A stretch of 64,000 bases of DNA from Candidatus Woesebacteria bacterium (lineage in GTDB: Bacteria > Patescibacteriota > Microgenomatia > UBA8517): positions 628,790 to 692,789 of the forward strand of contig OY970314.1 of the NCBI GenBank assembly GCA_963716475.1. The letters are read 5' to 3'. The notes below the pieces were generated by a model that did no database searches, was not told the origin of the DNA, and saw nothing but the letters and a program-made list of their open reading frames with translations. Made by a program: the position numbers and the translations under genes. Below are positions 28,243-38,674 of the stretch, one piece after another. Each line of letters begins with the position of its first letter. The stretch's first letter is position 1.

Positions 28243-28623
28243 TCAGTGCTCGGGGGAGGGTTTAAAAGTCAGAGCAAGCGAGTTGATACAATAGCGAAGG
28301 CCGGTGGGCGCGGGGCCGTCGTCAAAAACGTGACCCAGGTGGGCGCCGCAGTGGGCGCAGAGGACTTCCGTCCTTGGAATTATCATACTTCTGTCCGTTT
28401 CCTTTTTGATTACGGAAGGATCCGCCATATCCCAAAATGCCGGCCAGCCGGTTCCCGAATCATATTTTGTATCGGATGAAAACAATTTCTGCCCGCAGGA
28501 AACACAGCGATAGGTACCGGGTTCAAAATGTTTGTAATACTTGCCCGACCCGGGAGGTTCTGTCCCTTTGAGAAAACAAATATTATATTGTTCTTTGGTT
28601 AATTTATTTAACTTTACGGACAT
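28243..28623 (-). CDS. msrB: peptide-methionine (R)-S-oxide reductase MsrB
   Basis: 'CVSCGQKLFSSDTKYDSGTGWPAFW...CAHCGAHLGHVFDDGP' canonical SelR/MsrB. Confidence 0.85.
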   Translation of the reverse strand: MSVKLNKLTKEQYNICFLKGTEPPGSGKYYKHFEPGTYRCVSCGQKLFSSDTKYDSGTGWPAFWDMADPSVIKKETDRSMIIPRTEVLCAHCGAHLGHVFDDGPAPTGLRYCINSLALTFKPSPEH

Positions 28624-28679
28624 ATCGGTCTCTTATAACAAAAGTTGCTGAAAAGAAGTTGAAGATCCCGGCAGGATAG

Positions 28680-29069
28680 TTATTTTCTTCTGCCCCAGGC
28701 TACGCAATACTTGTGTTTAACCCTACCTGCCACATCGTCTAAAATTTTAGTTGCCTTAGCGTCCATCTTTTCGAATCCGCAACCTCTATAGAAATTATTA
28801 TTCCAAAATAAAGTTAAAGCGATCAGAGTATCCCCCGGGTTAAGATGGTTGAATGCCTCGTCAACCAACCTTCTGCCTATACCGCATTTTCTATATTCCT
28901 TATCAACCGCAAGTGATTGTAAATAAACGTTATTTCCCCTTCTTTCAACTCCGGCGTAGCCAATGATCAGCCCTTCAGGGTTTTCTACAACCCAACCTGT
29001 ATCATATTTATCAATATCTTCCGTGGACAACTTGGCATTCTCAACCACTTCTTTTATACGTTCCTGCAT
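28680..29069 (-). CDS. GNAT family N-acetyltransferase
   Basis: 'RKCGIGRRLVDEA' acetyl-CoA motif; 129 aa. Confidence 0.7.
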   Translation of the reverse strand: MQERIKEVVENAKLSTEDIDKYDTGWVVENPEGLIIGYAGVERRGNNVYLQSLAVDKEYRKCGIGRRLVDEAFNHLNPGDTLIALTLFWNNNFYRGCGFEKMDAKATKILDDVAGRVKHKYCVAWGRRK

Positions 29070-29131
29070 ACGCGCGAGTATTATATTTCTTTATATAAAA
29101 AATTCAAATCCGAAGGTCAATTTGACTTCTT

Positions 29132-29362
29132 TTGAATTGGGAGGACAATGTATTTGTAAGAAGATATTTTATGGAACTCTCAACAAGTCTTATCATTTTT
29201 GCTGCAATTGTTATATCCGTTAATAATTTCGTGTTGTTCTATGCCATTAAAAACAACGGGATACATTCGAAAGTACACTCGCCTGGTATGATGATATTTT
29301 TGATTAGTCTTATTGAAATAGTAGCAATTGTAATTTGGGCTTATATCCACTTAAGAAAATAG
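29132..29362 (+). CDS. small 2-TM membrane protein
   Basis: 76 aa, two hydrophobic helices. Confidence 0.3.
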   Translation: MNWEDNVFVRRYFMELSTSLIIFAAIVISVNNFVLFYAIKNNGIHSKVHSPGMMIFLISLIEIVAIVIWAYIHLRK

Positions 29363-29396
29363 ATTCTAACATCTTCTATCCCGGGGAGCCAGGAGT

Positions 29397-29807
29397 TTAG
29401 GCGAGGCTGAAGTATTTATCCAAGGCTTTAAAATAATCACTTCCGTCGTCCAACTCTTTGTAGTTGTCCTTATTGGCCCATTTATATTTATTATGTTCGT
29501 CGCTGATTTTTACTACACCAGATTTATATTTACATTTATATCCTATTAAGAACACTTTCTTACCAGCATTTCTATGATTTGGTCCAAATTCAAAATACCA
29601 CCTGGTAAATACGTCTCCAACCTCTATTTCCAAAGTCGTTTCCTCCCTTACTTCTCTTTTTAGTGCCTCATTAAAGTCACTTTCACCCTCTTGAATTTTT
29701 CCTCCTGGATAATCCAATCCTAATATGGGATCAAAAAGCACTAAAACTTCACCGTCTTTATCAATAAATGCTTTTTGACCTACGTAGAAAAGTTTGTCTT
29801 CAGCCAT
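29397..29807 (-). CDS. NUDIX hydrolase
   Basis: Nudix box 'GESDFNEALKREVREETTLEIEV'; TAGAAT 6 nt upstream of ATG. Confidence 0.75.
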   Translation of the reverse strand: MAEDKLFYVGQKAFIDKDGEVLVLFDPILGLDYPGGKIQEGESDFNEALKREVREETTLEIEVGDVFTRWYFEFGPNHRNAGKKVFLIGYKCKYKSGVVKISDEHNKYKWANKDNYKELDDGSDYFKALDKYFSLA

Positions 29808-29970
29808 ATCTAGATTCTACCATAATAGGTTCTGAACCTGTCTATTGGTTGATCCCGAATCCAAAGACAAACATTCTCCATTGGCTAGTCATAGTAGACA
29901 CTTTAGTATCCGAGGCACATGGACACAACTAGGATCGTTGTAGTTATCAAATAGAATAAAAAAATGTACT

Positions 29971-30534
29971 TTACGATGTTCCAGTCCTGTCACCCCAATC
30001 ATCACTCGAAGGTTCAATATGATGCCAAGGCGCACTTATATATGCTTTTGCGAGTATTTCGTCGACTTTATATTTATCTATCCAATCATTTTTTTCTAAT
30101 CGACTATCACCAATAGATATCGCTTCAGATTCGGCATTCACATCTACACGTATCGTGAAGTAATCTGTTCCCTGAATATTCTTATTAAAATCAACCCAAA
30201 AACCCTTCCCCCATACCAGGGTCACATTGCCTTTTGAGAGATTGGACACAATATCATGACGCTCATAATTACCCGACAGAAGTTCGTTATTTATTCTTGA
30301 TAACCCGTCAAGAATACCGCTCTCTTTTAATACTTTATCTGTTTGCTGCAGCACAAATTGCTCTCTTTCCCCTTTTGTTCTTTCCACTTCCTCTTTTGCC
30401 AACTTCTCTTTTCCAGTCGCAACACCCCTTTCTGTTTTCTCTATTGCAACCTGCACCGATTGGGCTTGTTGCATTTGTTTAATTCTCTCTGTTACTGACA
30501 TCTTGACTGCGAGTGTATCACTTTTAGGCTCCAT
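29971..30534 (-). CDS. hypothetical coiled-coil protein
   Basis: 187 aa; TATAAT 5 nt upstream of ATG. Confidence 0.4.
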   Translation of the reverse strand: MEPKSDTLAVKMSVTERIKQMQQAQSVQVAIEKTERGVATGKEKLAKEEVERTKGEREQFVLQQTDKVLKESGILDGLSRINNELLSGNYERHDIVSNLSKGNVTLVWGKGFWVDFNKNIQGTDYFTIRVDVNAESEAISIGDSRLEKNDWIDKYKVDEILAKAYISAPWHHIEPSSDDWGDRTGTS

Positions 30535-30597
30535 GTCAAATTATAGGATAGAGTAATAGCTTCTGAATCTGTCTATTGGTTGATCCCAAATCCGAAG

Positions 30598-30670
30598 CCC
30601 AACCCGTATCATATTTATCAATATCTTCCATGGACAATCCGGCATTCTCGACAACCTCTTTTATACGCTC
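30598..30670 (-). pseudogene. duplicated 5' fragment (~codons 1-25) of the GNAT gene 28680..29069
   Basis: 73 bp ~88% identical to 28991..29063; encodes '..ERIKEVVENAGLSMEDIDKYDTGW' with no start codon. Confidence 0.5.
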
Positions 30671-30688
30671 ATTGATGGAGAAATAAAA

Positions 30689-31267
30689 TTAACCCTGCGT
30701 TATTACACCAGCCGGTCCAGGGGGTTTAGTAGCCCAATCTATAACATTAGCCATAATTTTAACCAATATTTCTTGGGGATCTGTTCCAGCCATCCCACCA
30801 CCTAAACTTGCATGCTCCCAGTATGTACCCTTCCAGTCCTTCGGATCACCCTGAACTGTATATTCCGTCTGAGAATAATTGTTTAAAAAAGGATGAAAAT
30901 GCGTTTCAATACGAATATTTTTACCAAGAAGTGATACTTCATGTACTTTAGGTTCCTGAATTTTATTAGAATATTCCAAGCTTTCCTTTGAATGAACTAC
31001 CAGCCAATTTTCGTCTTTAGTTATTAAAAGTCTCGCACCCTTTTCCGCCATATCCTTTAAAAATACAGGATATTTTTTTAAATCCTTTACTTCTTTTCTG
31101 ACTTTTGCAGACGCCGGATTATCGAAGAACGGTTTCATATCCCCCTCTAAAAAACGATACGGGGTTCTAATAACTTGCCCGTCTCCTTTAAATAGATCAC
31201 CCTGAACTTTTATAGATACAACCAATGAGTCCAAAAACTCGGAACCCTTTGAATGTTCTCTGTGCAT
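30689..31267 (-). CDS. hypothetical protein
   Basis: 192 aa ORF. Confidence 0.4.
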   Translation of the reverse strand: MHREHSKGSEFLDSLVVSIKVQGDLFKGDGQVIRTPYRFLEGDMKPFFDNPASAKVRKEVKDLKKYPVFLKDMAEKGARLLITKDENWLVVHSKESLEYSNKIQEPKVHEVSLLGKNIRIETHFHPFLNNYSQTEYTVQGDPKDWKGTYWEHASLGGGMAGTDPQEILVKIMANVIDWATKPPGPAGVITQG

Positions 31268-31309
31268 ATCTAAGCGAGGACTTTATCACCTGAAACGTCG
31301 ATTTGCAAG

Positions 31310-31954
31310 TTAATTCGCTTTTGTTTTTACGGGTTTGAGATACACGTAAATTATGGAGCCGAGGAAAAGAACAAACGGGATTAGTACAATAAGGAAATAA
31401 ATATGGTGACCCCCGAAAAGCTGCACTGTTTTAATGCCTATCCTTTGCCCCAGTCCGAGATATAAAGGAATCCAGAGAATAACGGATATAAAGGTACTGA
31501 TGATAAAAGTTTTATAAGAAACCTTGGATATGCCGGAAAATACGGTAACCGGAATCCTGAATCCCGGAATATGACGGCCTAAAATAATTACAATCGGCCC
31601 GTATTTTTTAAAATTCGCCTCAACCAGGGCTATTTTTTTGGTATCCAGATGCATCAGACGGCCGAATTTGGTTACAATTTTATCGCCAAACTTTGAGGAC
31701 AAATAAAAAAGAAAAGATGAACCGATTAGAACCGAAATAAGGATAAGTATAAAGGCAAAAATATACGGGAACGTTCCGGTGGACACCTCATAACCCGTAT
31801 AGGCGATAATAAAATCCCCGGGAACAGGGAGCGGAATCCCCGCCTCCTCCAATATAATAAGAAAAATAGGCGCGAGTGCTCCGCTATGGGTAGCAAACGT
31901 CTCAACTACATCAGTGAATGGATCAACAATATAATTGGCAAAGAAATTAAACAT
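31310..31954 (-). CDS. DedA/SNARE-associated family membrane protein
   Basis: 214 aa polytopic; 'GIPLPVPGDFIIAYTGY' DedA-like motif. Confidence 0.5.
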   Translation of the reverse strand: MFNFFANYIVDPFTDVVETFATHSGALAPIFLIILEEAGIPLPVPGDFIIAYTGYEVSTGTFPYIFAFILILISVLIGSSFLFYLSSKFGDKIVTKFGRLMHLDTKKIALVEANFKKYGPIVIILGRHIPGFRIPVTVFSGISKVSYKTFIISTFISVILWIPLYLGLGQRIGIKTVQLFGGHHIYFLIVLIPFVLFLGSIIYVYLKPVKTKAN

Positions 31955-32013
31955 TTCTCCGTATCTAGAAGTAGTTTATCACCTTGAGATCAAATGACTG
32001 AAAGGAAAGACTG

Positions 32014-32556
32014 TTAATCTTTATTCGCTAAGGTAAAAATGTTACTTTCGGGGTCTCTTTCCAAACGTCTTATATTTATCTGGTCAACTTGATAATTTTG
32101 AGGCGACAAGGTGTCCAAAATGACATACCCGTTATGGGTATGCTTTTTTGCAAAATAAATTATATCCTCTACCTTTTCGGAATCCGACGTTAACATACTA
32201 AAGTCAAACTGCCGGTAATCTTCACCAAGCGCTCTTACCGATTCTACAAAAAGCCAAACCTCATGCGGACCGATAACCAGATCTTTAAAGTCTCCGTCTG
32301 TACCCGGTTTTTTTAAGCAATTTTCAAGCCCGTACCACACTTCTTTCGGAGAATGTTTTCTTAAAGAAGAATATATTTCAAATGCATAATTCTGCCAATA
32401 ATCAGGTGACGGATTAAAATCCGTCATGTCAAATTCTTCTTTAACAGGTTCTGTTTTCTTGGCTATAGTCTGCAGACGCAAAAAAACCTCTTCCGGATTC
32501 ATACACCAACCGGCTTCCAATTCCTGCTTCCAATGTTGCTCCAATTGCTCCTTCAT
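32014..32556 (-). CDS. hypothetical protein
   Basis: 180 aa ORF. Confidence 0.4.
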   Translation of the reverse strand: MKEQLEQHWKQELEAGWCMNPEEVFLRLQTIAKKTEPVKEEFDMTDFNPSPDYWQNYAFEIYSSLRKHSPKEVWYGLENCLKKPGTDGDFKDLVIGPHEVWLFVESVRALGEDYRQFDFSMLTSDSEKVEDIIYFAKKHTHNGYVILDTLSPQNYQVDQINIRRLERDPESNIFTLANKD

Positions 32557-32598
32557 ATTATAGGTAATGGTATTTTACTCCATTTGTCAAATAAATGC

Positions 32599-33306
32599 CT
32601 ATTTATCGGCTATTTTGTCCAAAACGGGGGTATTTGTCCGGGATAAACGTCCGGCTGCGGTTCTAAGGGCAGCTTGCCCCATAAAGTGCACCGTATCGGC
32701 GATAACCGTCAGATCCCTCCAGAGTGATGCGTTATAAACATACTCCATATCAATCTCTGCCTTTTTCGGAAAATCATTATCACCCAAGGCACGCTGCACA
32801 CGCGGGTTGACCGAAAATCCAGGCAATGCCGAGAAAATAGCTGATTCCCACTCAGGAAAGATTTCCGGAAAATCATTTTTTAATTTTTGCAGATCCTCTT
32901 TCGGATACGGACGGGGGCCGACTATACTCATTTCACCGGCAAGAACGTTGAGCAATTGCGGTATTTCGTTTGCTCCGATGCTCCGAAAACAGATTTTCTT
33001 ATAAACCGAAAGAACACGCGGATCATCGTCTTCCCGCTCTTTGCCGCCAAGCAGAATCTGTTTTTGCGCAAGCTCGGATTGTTCCGCACCGACACTCATG
33101 GTTTCAAACTTACGCATTCTAAACTCGGTTTTGTTGAGTCCCAGTCTCTGAAATTGATACAACACGGGTAACTGATATGAACGGTTAATACCATAAACTA
33201 TGGGCCATATTGGGCACGTAAGGCCCAGCCCCCCTGAGGCTACCGCAATATCCAGTGTGCGTTTGGCCGGGCTATGCAGATATGGTGACGGCTCTCTTTC
33301 AATCAT
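32599..33306 (-). CDS. sugar transferase (polyprenyl-phosphate glycosyl-1-phosphate transferase, Bac_transf family)
   Basis: 'KRTLDIAVASGGL...KFETM...ANEIPQLLNVLAGEMSIVGPRP' family consensus. Confidence 0.7.
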   Translation of the reverse strand: MIEREPSPYLHSPAKRTLDIAVASGGLGLTCPIWPIVYGINRSYQLPVLYQFQRLGLNKTEFRMRKFETMSVGAEQSELAQKQILLGGKEREDDDPRVLSVYKKICFRSIGANEIPQLLNVLAGEMSIVGPRPYPKEDLQKLKNDFPEIFPEWESAIFSALPGFSVNPRVQRALGDNDFPKKAEIDMEYVYNASLWRDLTVIADTVHFMGQAALRTAAGRLSRTNTPVLDKIADK

Positions 33307-33418
33307 GTTCCAAAATATTCGAACCTGTGATCATACCATATAATTGTTTAAATTTCACATTATAGGTAGAAACGCGCGATAATTGGGGGTATACGCTATT
33401 GGGGCTCGTAAGAACTAT

Positions 33419-33766
33419 TTACAAACCCAGATTTTGGTAACTGTTAATCTGTGAGTTTACCGCCGTGTTTATTTGGTTAACCCAGCCGGTTAAAAGCCAT
33501 GTGGTAATAACCACCGAAATAATGGTCAAAATTATTGCAATAGCACCGATTGTTTTGGCAGTTTTAGCGTTTTGTCTTAAATATTTTACTCCGGGCCAAA
33601 GACCCAGTGGCGGAAGGAAAATACTGGTTGCATAGATTCCGATCTGTGTCAGTACCGAAGTAGAAGCCGGTGCCGGTTTAAGGTTTTTCCCGCAATTCGG
33701 GCAAAAATAATAGGAGTCTGCCACCGGGTTATGACAGGTAGGACAAAGTTTTTGTTCCGGATTCAT
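33419..33766 (-). CDS. zinc-ribbon membrane protein
   Basis: 'CPTCHN...CPNCG' + two TM helices. Confidence 0.4.
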   Translation of the reverse strand: MNPEQKLCPTCHNPVADSYYFCPNCGKNLKPAPASTSVLTQIGIYATSIFLPPLGLWPGVKYLRQNAKTAKTIGAIAIILTIISVVITTWLLTGWVNQINTAVNSQINSYQNLGL

Positions 33767-33843
33767 TGACTAAGCATCTCACTCCGACTAAAACATTGTC
33801 AAGCCGGATAGAATGGTATGATATATCAACCTTACGGTACAAA

Positions 33844-34152
33844 ATGATTGTTTTAAAGGTTAAACTCTACTCGAGCATAAAAGACCGTACTATCGGACTT
33901 ATTGGTCATAAAAATCCGGAACCGGTAATGTTTTTGACAAGATTCGGAATCCACACTTTCGGGGTAGGGTTTCCTTTGGATATTGTTGTACTGAATAATA
34001 AAAACGTAGTTGTAAAACTTGAGAAGGAGCTTAAACCGAACCGTTTTTTCTTCTGGCCGGTAAAATATAAGAAAGTTCTCGAACTTCCGTCAGGGTATAT
34101 TGTCAAGAACGGGATTAAATGCGGAAGTGAAATAGACCTGACTATACTTTAG
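33844..34152 (+). CDS. DUF192-domain protein (start moved to internal Met)
   Basis: 'FLTRFGIHTFGVGFPLDIVVLNNKNVVVKLEKELKP' DUF192 consensus; ORF-track start 33766 abuts divergent gene. Confidence 0.5.
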   Translation: MIVLKVKLYSSIKDRTIGLIGHKNPEPVMFLTRFGIHTFGVGFPLDIVVLNNKNVVVKLEKELKPNRFFFWPVKYKKVLELPSGYIVKNGIKCGSEIDLTIL

Positions 34153-34415
34153 TCGTCTTCCCCGCCCCTGACTCCGTTTATTGAAGGAACCACAGTTGGA
34201 GACCGTACCGGTACGCCGGTCGGTGTGAGAGTTGGTGTAGGAGAATCTGTAGAGCCGGGTGTTTCGGAATTTGCCGGCAAGGTTGCGGCGGCACCGGCTA
34301 CCTGTTCATTCCCCTCTTTATCAAATCCTCCGCGCTCAAAAATCATAAACCCAGAAGCAACCAGCAAAAAAATAACTATCGCATATGGTATAAACCTCAC
34401 AAAATCTTTTTTCAT
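34149..34415 (-). CDS. small membrane-anchored Pro/Thr-rich protein
   Basis: 88 aa, TM + 'PTPTLTPTGVP'. Confidence 0.3.
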   Translation of the reverse strand: MKKDFVRFIPYAIVIFLLVASGFMIFERGGFDKEGNEQVAGAAATLPANSETPGSTDSPTPTLTPTGVPVRSPTVVPSINGVRGGEDD

Positions 34416-34478
34416 TTAGTCCTCTTCACCGGAATGATATTAAACCAAACTTAATTTGAGCTGAAACAAAAAGAGAGG

Positions 34479-35090
34479 TTATCTGATTTGCCTATATATC
34501 TCGTACCAATTCTTGGTTATCTCCTGCTGCGCCTGAGTTAGAGTTATATTCCCGGCACAAATCTGCGCATGAAGATAGTTTTCCACTTTATCCTTTTCAT
34601 TAACAGACGGGTGAGGTTCCGGCCAGAGGTTTGCAGGATCTTTGGGACTACCGCCAAGCTCGAGAGAAATAAAATGGTCTTCTTCATAATCGCTCATGTT
34701 GGCGTCTATATATCCGTAGTCAACGATCTGTTGTTTTTTCAGAGCATTGGTATATGAAACGGACGGACGTACTGTTTGTGTGTACCCCGAGCGGCATATT
34801 GTTATTGCAATATTATCCTGTGTTACACCTGAATCGATTACTCCGGGAGTACATAAAGGGTCCGGAAGAAAAGATTGCGGATCCGAAGAGTCAACCTGAA
34901 ATGCATGGCATTTACCTGAATTTGATGATGTACCCAAAATACTGTTTTCCGGGGCAGGTGAAGGAGAAACCGAAACATTCTGAATTAATTGCTCCCTACC
35001 GAATAAATAGAATAACGTTCCGATAACTACAGCACTTAGAATAATAAAAGAGAGCGGGTTTTGCCTGAATTTATATGATGGCGGATTCAT
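34479..35090 (-). CDS. secreted hypothetical protein
   Basis: 203 aa; N-terminal TM/signal. Confidence 0.4.
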   Translation of the reverse strand: MNPPSYKFRQNPLSFIILSAVVIGTLFYLFGREQLIQNVSVSPSPAPENSILGTSSNSGKCHAFQVDSSDPQSFLPDPLCTPGVIDSGVTQDNIAITICRSGYTQTVRPSVSYTNALKKQQIVDYGYIDANMSDYEEDHFISLELGGSPKDPANLWPEPHPSVNEKDKVENYLHAQICAGNITLTQAQQEITKNWYEIYRQIR

Positions 35091-35115
35091 TTTTTTTCAT
35101 AGCAACCGCAATTTA

Positions 35116-35508
35116 TTATTTTGAAGGACACGCTGCGCTTACTGCAGTTTTAACTGCTTCCGGAATCTTGCCGGAGGAGTGATACTCCATATAAAGCTTT
35201 GCCAGGTCCGCGTCAGAATAGTGTGCACCCAAATAATCGGCCGCGCATGAACATTCCGAGGTGCTACCGTAGCCGAGAGTTTTGACACAGTCACTCATAA
35301 AATCTGACCTTACTTTGGCCCGATAGGCAGCCGTAATGCCTGTCGTACTTGCCTCCGGACTCGGGCTTTGGGTCGGAGAAGCAGTTTGTGAAGGGTTAAT
35401 CGCCGGGTGTGTTGGGGAATTGTTTTTGGCAATTAAAAAACCAACGACGGCGGTAACAAATATTACAACTACTATAACTATTCCTAAATTGCGGCCGGAT
35501 ATTTTCAC
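35116..35508 (-). CDS. membrane-anchored hypothetical protein with Pro/Ser/Thr linker
   Basis: 130 aa. Confidence 0.4.
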   Translation of the reverse strand: MKISGRNLGIVIVVVIFVTAVVGFLIAKNNSPTHPAINPSQTASPTQSPSPEASTTGITAAYRAKVRSDFMSDCVKTLGYGSTSECSCAADYLGAHYSDADLAKLYMEYHSSGKIPEAVKTAVSAACPSK

Positions 35509-35614
35509 GCTGTTTCAGAAGTATGTTAACGTTAATCTACTCATTTTACAATATAGGGATTTACCTACTTTTAGCCGGACACAATAGGACTGTCAAAAGC
35601 GTATAATTATCCTC

Positions 35615-35989
35615 ATGAAACCGAAGGAATATATTGATAAGCTTATTGCGGGGTTAACCGATTGGCGCGGAAAGACAATGGCCGGGATCCGGAGGGTCAT
35701 CCTTACTGCAGATCCGGAGATCGTCGAGGAATGGAAATGGATGGGCACTCCAACCTGGTCACATGGCGGAATAGTTTGTCTGGCCAATCCCTTTAAAGAT
35801 AAGGTGAAGCTGACGTTTCCCGAAGGTGCGAGTATCGCGGACCCGGATAAGCTCTTCAATAACGGCCTGACAGGCAAGAAGTGGAGGACAATCGACTATT
35901 TCAAAGACAATAAAATTAAAGAGAGGGAACTTACGGTCTTGGTTCGCTCCGCCGTCGCCCACAACCTTACTAAGAAATCAGCAAAATAA
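35615..35989 (+). CDS. DUF1801 (YdhG-like) domain protein
   Basis: 124 aa; family-like pattern; TATAAT 7 nt upstream of ATG. Confidence 0.5.
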   Translation: MKPKEYIDKLIAGLTDWRGKTMAGIRRVILTADPEIVEEWKWMGTPTWSHGGIVCLANPFKDKVKLTFPEGASIADPDKLFNNGLTGKKWRTIDYFKDNKIKERELTVLVRSAVAHNLTKKSAK

Positions 35990-36414
35990 TCTACGGGGTT
36001 ATGCCGGACACCTTGGACTATATTGGATCTTTATATCTTCGCCAATACGTCAGATCCCGCGATAGTAGAAAGAGTGGAATACATTTCGATGGATGTCAAT
36101 CACAGATCGCTCCACTTGGGCAACAACAAGGACCCACCTTGCACATCGTTAAATATTCACCCTTTTTACACCTTTTTATTATTTGTTGGTTAAGAGAGTC
36201 AGAATTAATTCTGCAAGATAGAAGGACCGAAAAAAAACCAAGAACTAAACAAATTACAACTAACAATGGTTTCATTTTCTGCATCATACCTAGAATACCT
36301 TATTCTATAATCAAAAAATGCTTTGTGTCAAATTGATCTTTTTGGCGGTTTATACGAATAACTGATTTTAGGCTAAAATTCCGGGCTGGACACCTGGGAC
36401 TATATTGGAACTTA

Positions 36415-36663
36415 TTATTTGACTTTACCGATATTATCAACAATAAATTGAAAAGTTTGGAGTTGAAAATTCCATAAATCTCCCAAATTGCCTCCTTGCC
36501 AAATAAATTCACCTATGGATCTAATACCCAGCTCTCTTTGTGAAGAAGAAAGTTCTGCAATAACCCTTTGACGCGATTCCGTTGCCGGTTGTCCCAGAGT
36601 TACCTTAACCCCCATACTTTTTGCCTGGCTGTCTTTAATTGAAAAAAGTTCTCTTTCTTCCAT
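36415..36663 (-). CDS. hypothetical protein
   Basis: 82 aa ORF downstream of repeated element copy 1. Confidence 0.35.
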   Translation of the reverse strand: MEERELFSIKDSQAKSMGVKVTLGQPATESRQRVIAELSSSQRELGIRSIGEFIWQGGNLGDLWNFQLQTFQFIVDNIGKVK

Positions 36664-36789
36664 TTATGGGAAGATAATACCTTCATTTAAATTATCTGTC
36701 AATTTAATCACAAATTCAGAACCTATTTTTGTCGTCCATTACCCCTTGTTACGATTTTCTTGGATAACGAGCGTGTGGTCACATGGCCA

Positions 36790-36893
36790 CCCGTGTTGGC
36801 TGGCATCATGGTCTAGGACCATTCGATCCTATAAGCGTAGCTTGGCACTGCTCTGAGCATTGTAACCGCTTAAGAGTGGTGTATCACCCTAAG
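36790..36893 (-). repeat. conserved intergenic element copy 1 (putative cis-regulatory 5' leader / ncRNA)
   Basis: blocks GGTCTnGGACCATTC..ATAAGC and TGTATCA..AGGC..AATGAGACA..GACATTATAAA shared with 39389..39470; 43-bp extra insert in copy 1. Confidence 0.4.
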
Positions 36894-37023
36894 GCTAAAT
36901 GAGACATTATAAAAATGGTGTCCTATGTTTGAGGCTAATAACTTATGGGTAGAGTAATAGAGTTTGTTAGGAATCTTTTTGTTTGCTACAACGATCAGTG
37001 AAATATCACTTTTTAATTCTTTA

Positions 37024-38514
37024 TCATTGTGAATATAACTTAAAATCTTTTCTATACTCACCGATGGTTATTGTTCTCAAGAACCGCCAATGAAACTGAT
37101 TAATCAGAGCGGCGCAAAAGTTGTCATCCTCATCGCTACTGTATTTACATATATTTATTGACTTTTGAGATTCAAGTTCAATCTGACCACTGTAAGCGGG
37201 AAGTGAGAATGTATTTTCTTTTCTGAAAAAATACCAAATTGAACGGCTATCCCAAAAAGGGGGAGAAGAGTTTTTCGTCATAGTAAAACTATAATTTGGA
37301 TAATCTTGCTTTAATAGGATGGAGAGTTTTTGATAGGTTTGAAGGTTCTCACCTAGGCCAATTGTAGTCAGAGCCTGCAAATCATTGGCGCCAATAAAGA
37401 AGAAGCTTGCAAAAAAAATGATTAGAAAAAGGAGGTTCCGTTTATTTTTAGACCCCAAACTCAATTGTAAAAATGAGCCGATTACCAGAAAGTAGAAAGG
37501 TGCAAGTAAAATGAGGTAATGTGGAAACGGATCCTTTTTTAGACAAAATAAGATGACGTGATAGTAAAAAATAAAGAGGAAGGAAATAAAGAACACTGGT
37601 GATTTTTTTCTAAAAACAAAGTAAATGCTCAGTAATATATAAAAGGCGACAGCAATAGTTGTTCGATTTGGGAATATATTAACGAGTTGACTTAAGGCTG
37701 TTTGTTGGATGTCTTGCAAACGAATCGAACCTCGCAATCCAATTGGGTTGTACTTGTTCAAACCAAATAGATCAAGGAGTCGCCCATTCAAAATGAGAGG
37801 GGAGAAAAAGATGAAAAAACTAAACGCTGAAAAAATAAGAAAAAGGCATAACATATAAAACGATCTTTTACTTTTATGTGAATTTATAAGAATAATCAAT
37901 CCGTAAATAGGCAAAAAAAGCAATGCACCATAAAAGAAAGTTGAGGCGAAAACAAGCAGCATCACGCCTAACAGTAAAAATTTTATTTTCGCATCCATGA
38001 CAAATGAAATAAAGAAAAATAAAGAAATCAAAAAGATCAACAATCCAAAATATGCACTTTGAGGAAATAAGCTCACACTAATCATAAACGGTGATACTGC
38101 GTATAAGAATGCGACGCATCCAGCACTTAACTTTGAATAAAGTTTTTTACCTATAAAATAAATAACAATCACTGATAAAGCGTGGAAAAAGATAAACGCT
38201 CCTCCAATAAACTCGGGTGTGTCAGATACGGTGTCCAACGCGGCGACAAAATAATAATAGTAGGGAGGGTAAACAAAATTGATTCCCGAGTTCCAGTGTC
38301 CATAAAGTGTGTTCTGCGCTTGATGACTGATTAGGTAGCCAGCCAAAAAATCTCTTCCTGTATCAGCATTCCAAACAATCCTATTCGGAAAATTGTAGAA
38401 ACGAAAAAATAGACTCGTGAGGACTAAAAAAACAAGGAAAATAAATTCAATAGTTTTTCCCCGCCTTAATAAAGACTTATTGGTATGACGGTCGGAACTC
38501 ATAGGAATTTGCAT
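37024..38514 (-). CDS. polytopic membrane protein, putative GT-C glycosyltransferase (ArnT/PMT-like)
   Basis: 496 aa, >10 TM helices; assignment by architecture only. Confidence 0.4.
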   Translation of the reverse strand: MQIPMSSDRHTNKSLLRRGKTIEFIFLVFLVLTSLFFRFYNFPNRIVWNADTGRDFLAGYLISHQAQNTLYGHWNSGINFVYPPYYYYFVAALDTVSDTPEFIGGAFIFFHALSVIVIYFIGKKLYSKLSAGCVAFLYAVSPFMISVSLFPQSAYFGLLIFLISLFFFISFVMDAKIKFLLLGVMLLVFASTFFYGALLFLPIYGLIILINSHKSKRSFYMLCLFLIFSAFSFFIFFSPLILNGRLLDLFGLNKYNPIGLRGSIRLQDIQQTALSQLVNIFPNRTTIAVAFYILLSIYFVFRKKSPVFFISFLFIFYYHVILFCLKKDPFPHYLILLAPFYFLVIGSFLQLSLGSKNKRNLLFLIIFFASFFFIGANDLQALTTIGLGENLQTYQKLSILLKQDYPNYSFTMTKNSSPPFWDSRSIWYFFRKENTFSLPAYSGQIELESQKSINICKYSSDEDDNFCAALINQFHWRFLRTITIGEYRKDFKLYSQ

Positions 38515-38674
38515 TTACAGATTTATCATTGTGGTCACTTGCCATTCGATGCTTGAATATAGATAAGCTTAAATCCCAACGGTCTAATTTTACTTAATTA
38601 TATAAATTTAACCAAAACATTACTTCTTTTTGGATTTTAGTAATTGTAAGTTAAAATTCAGCTCGGGGACAGTT

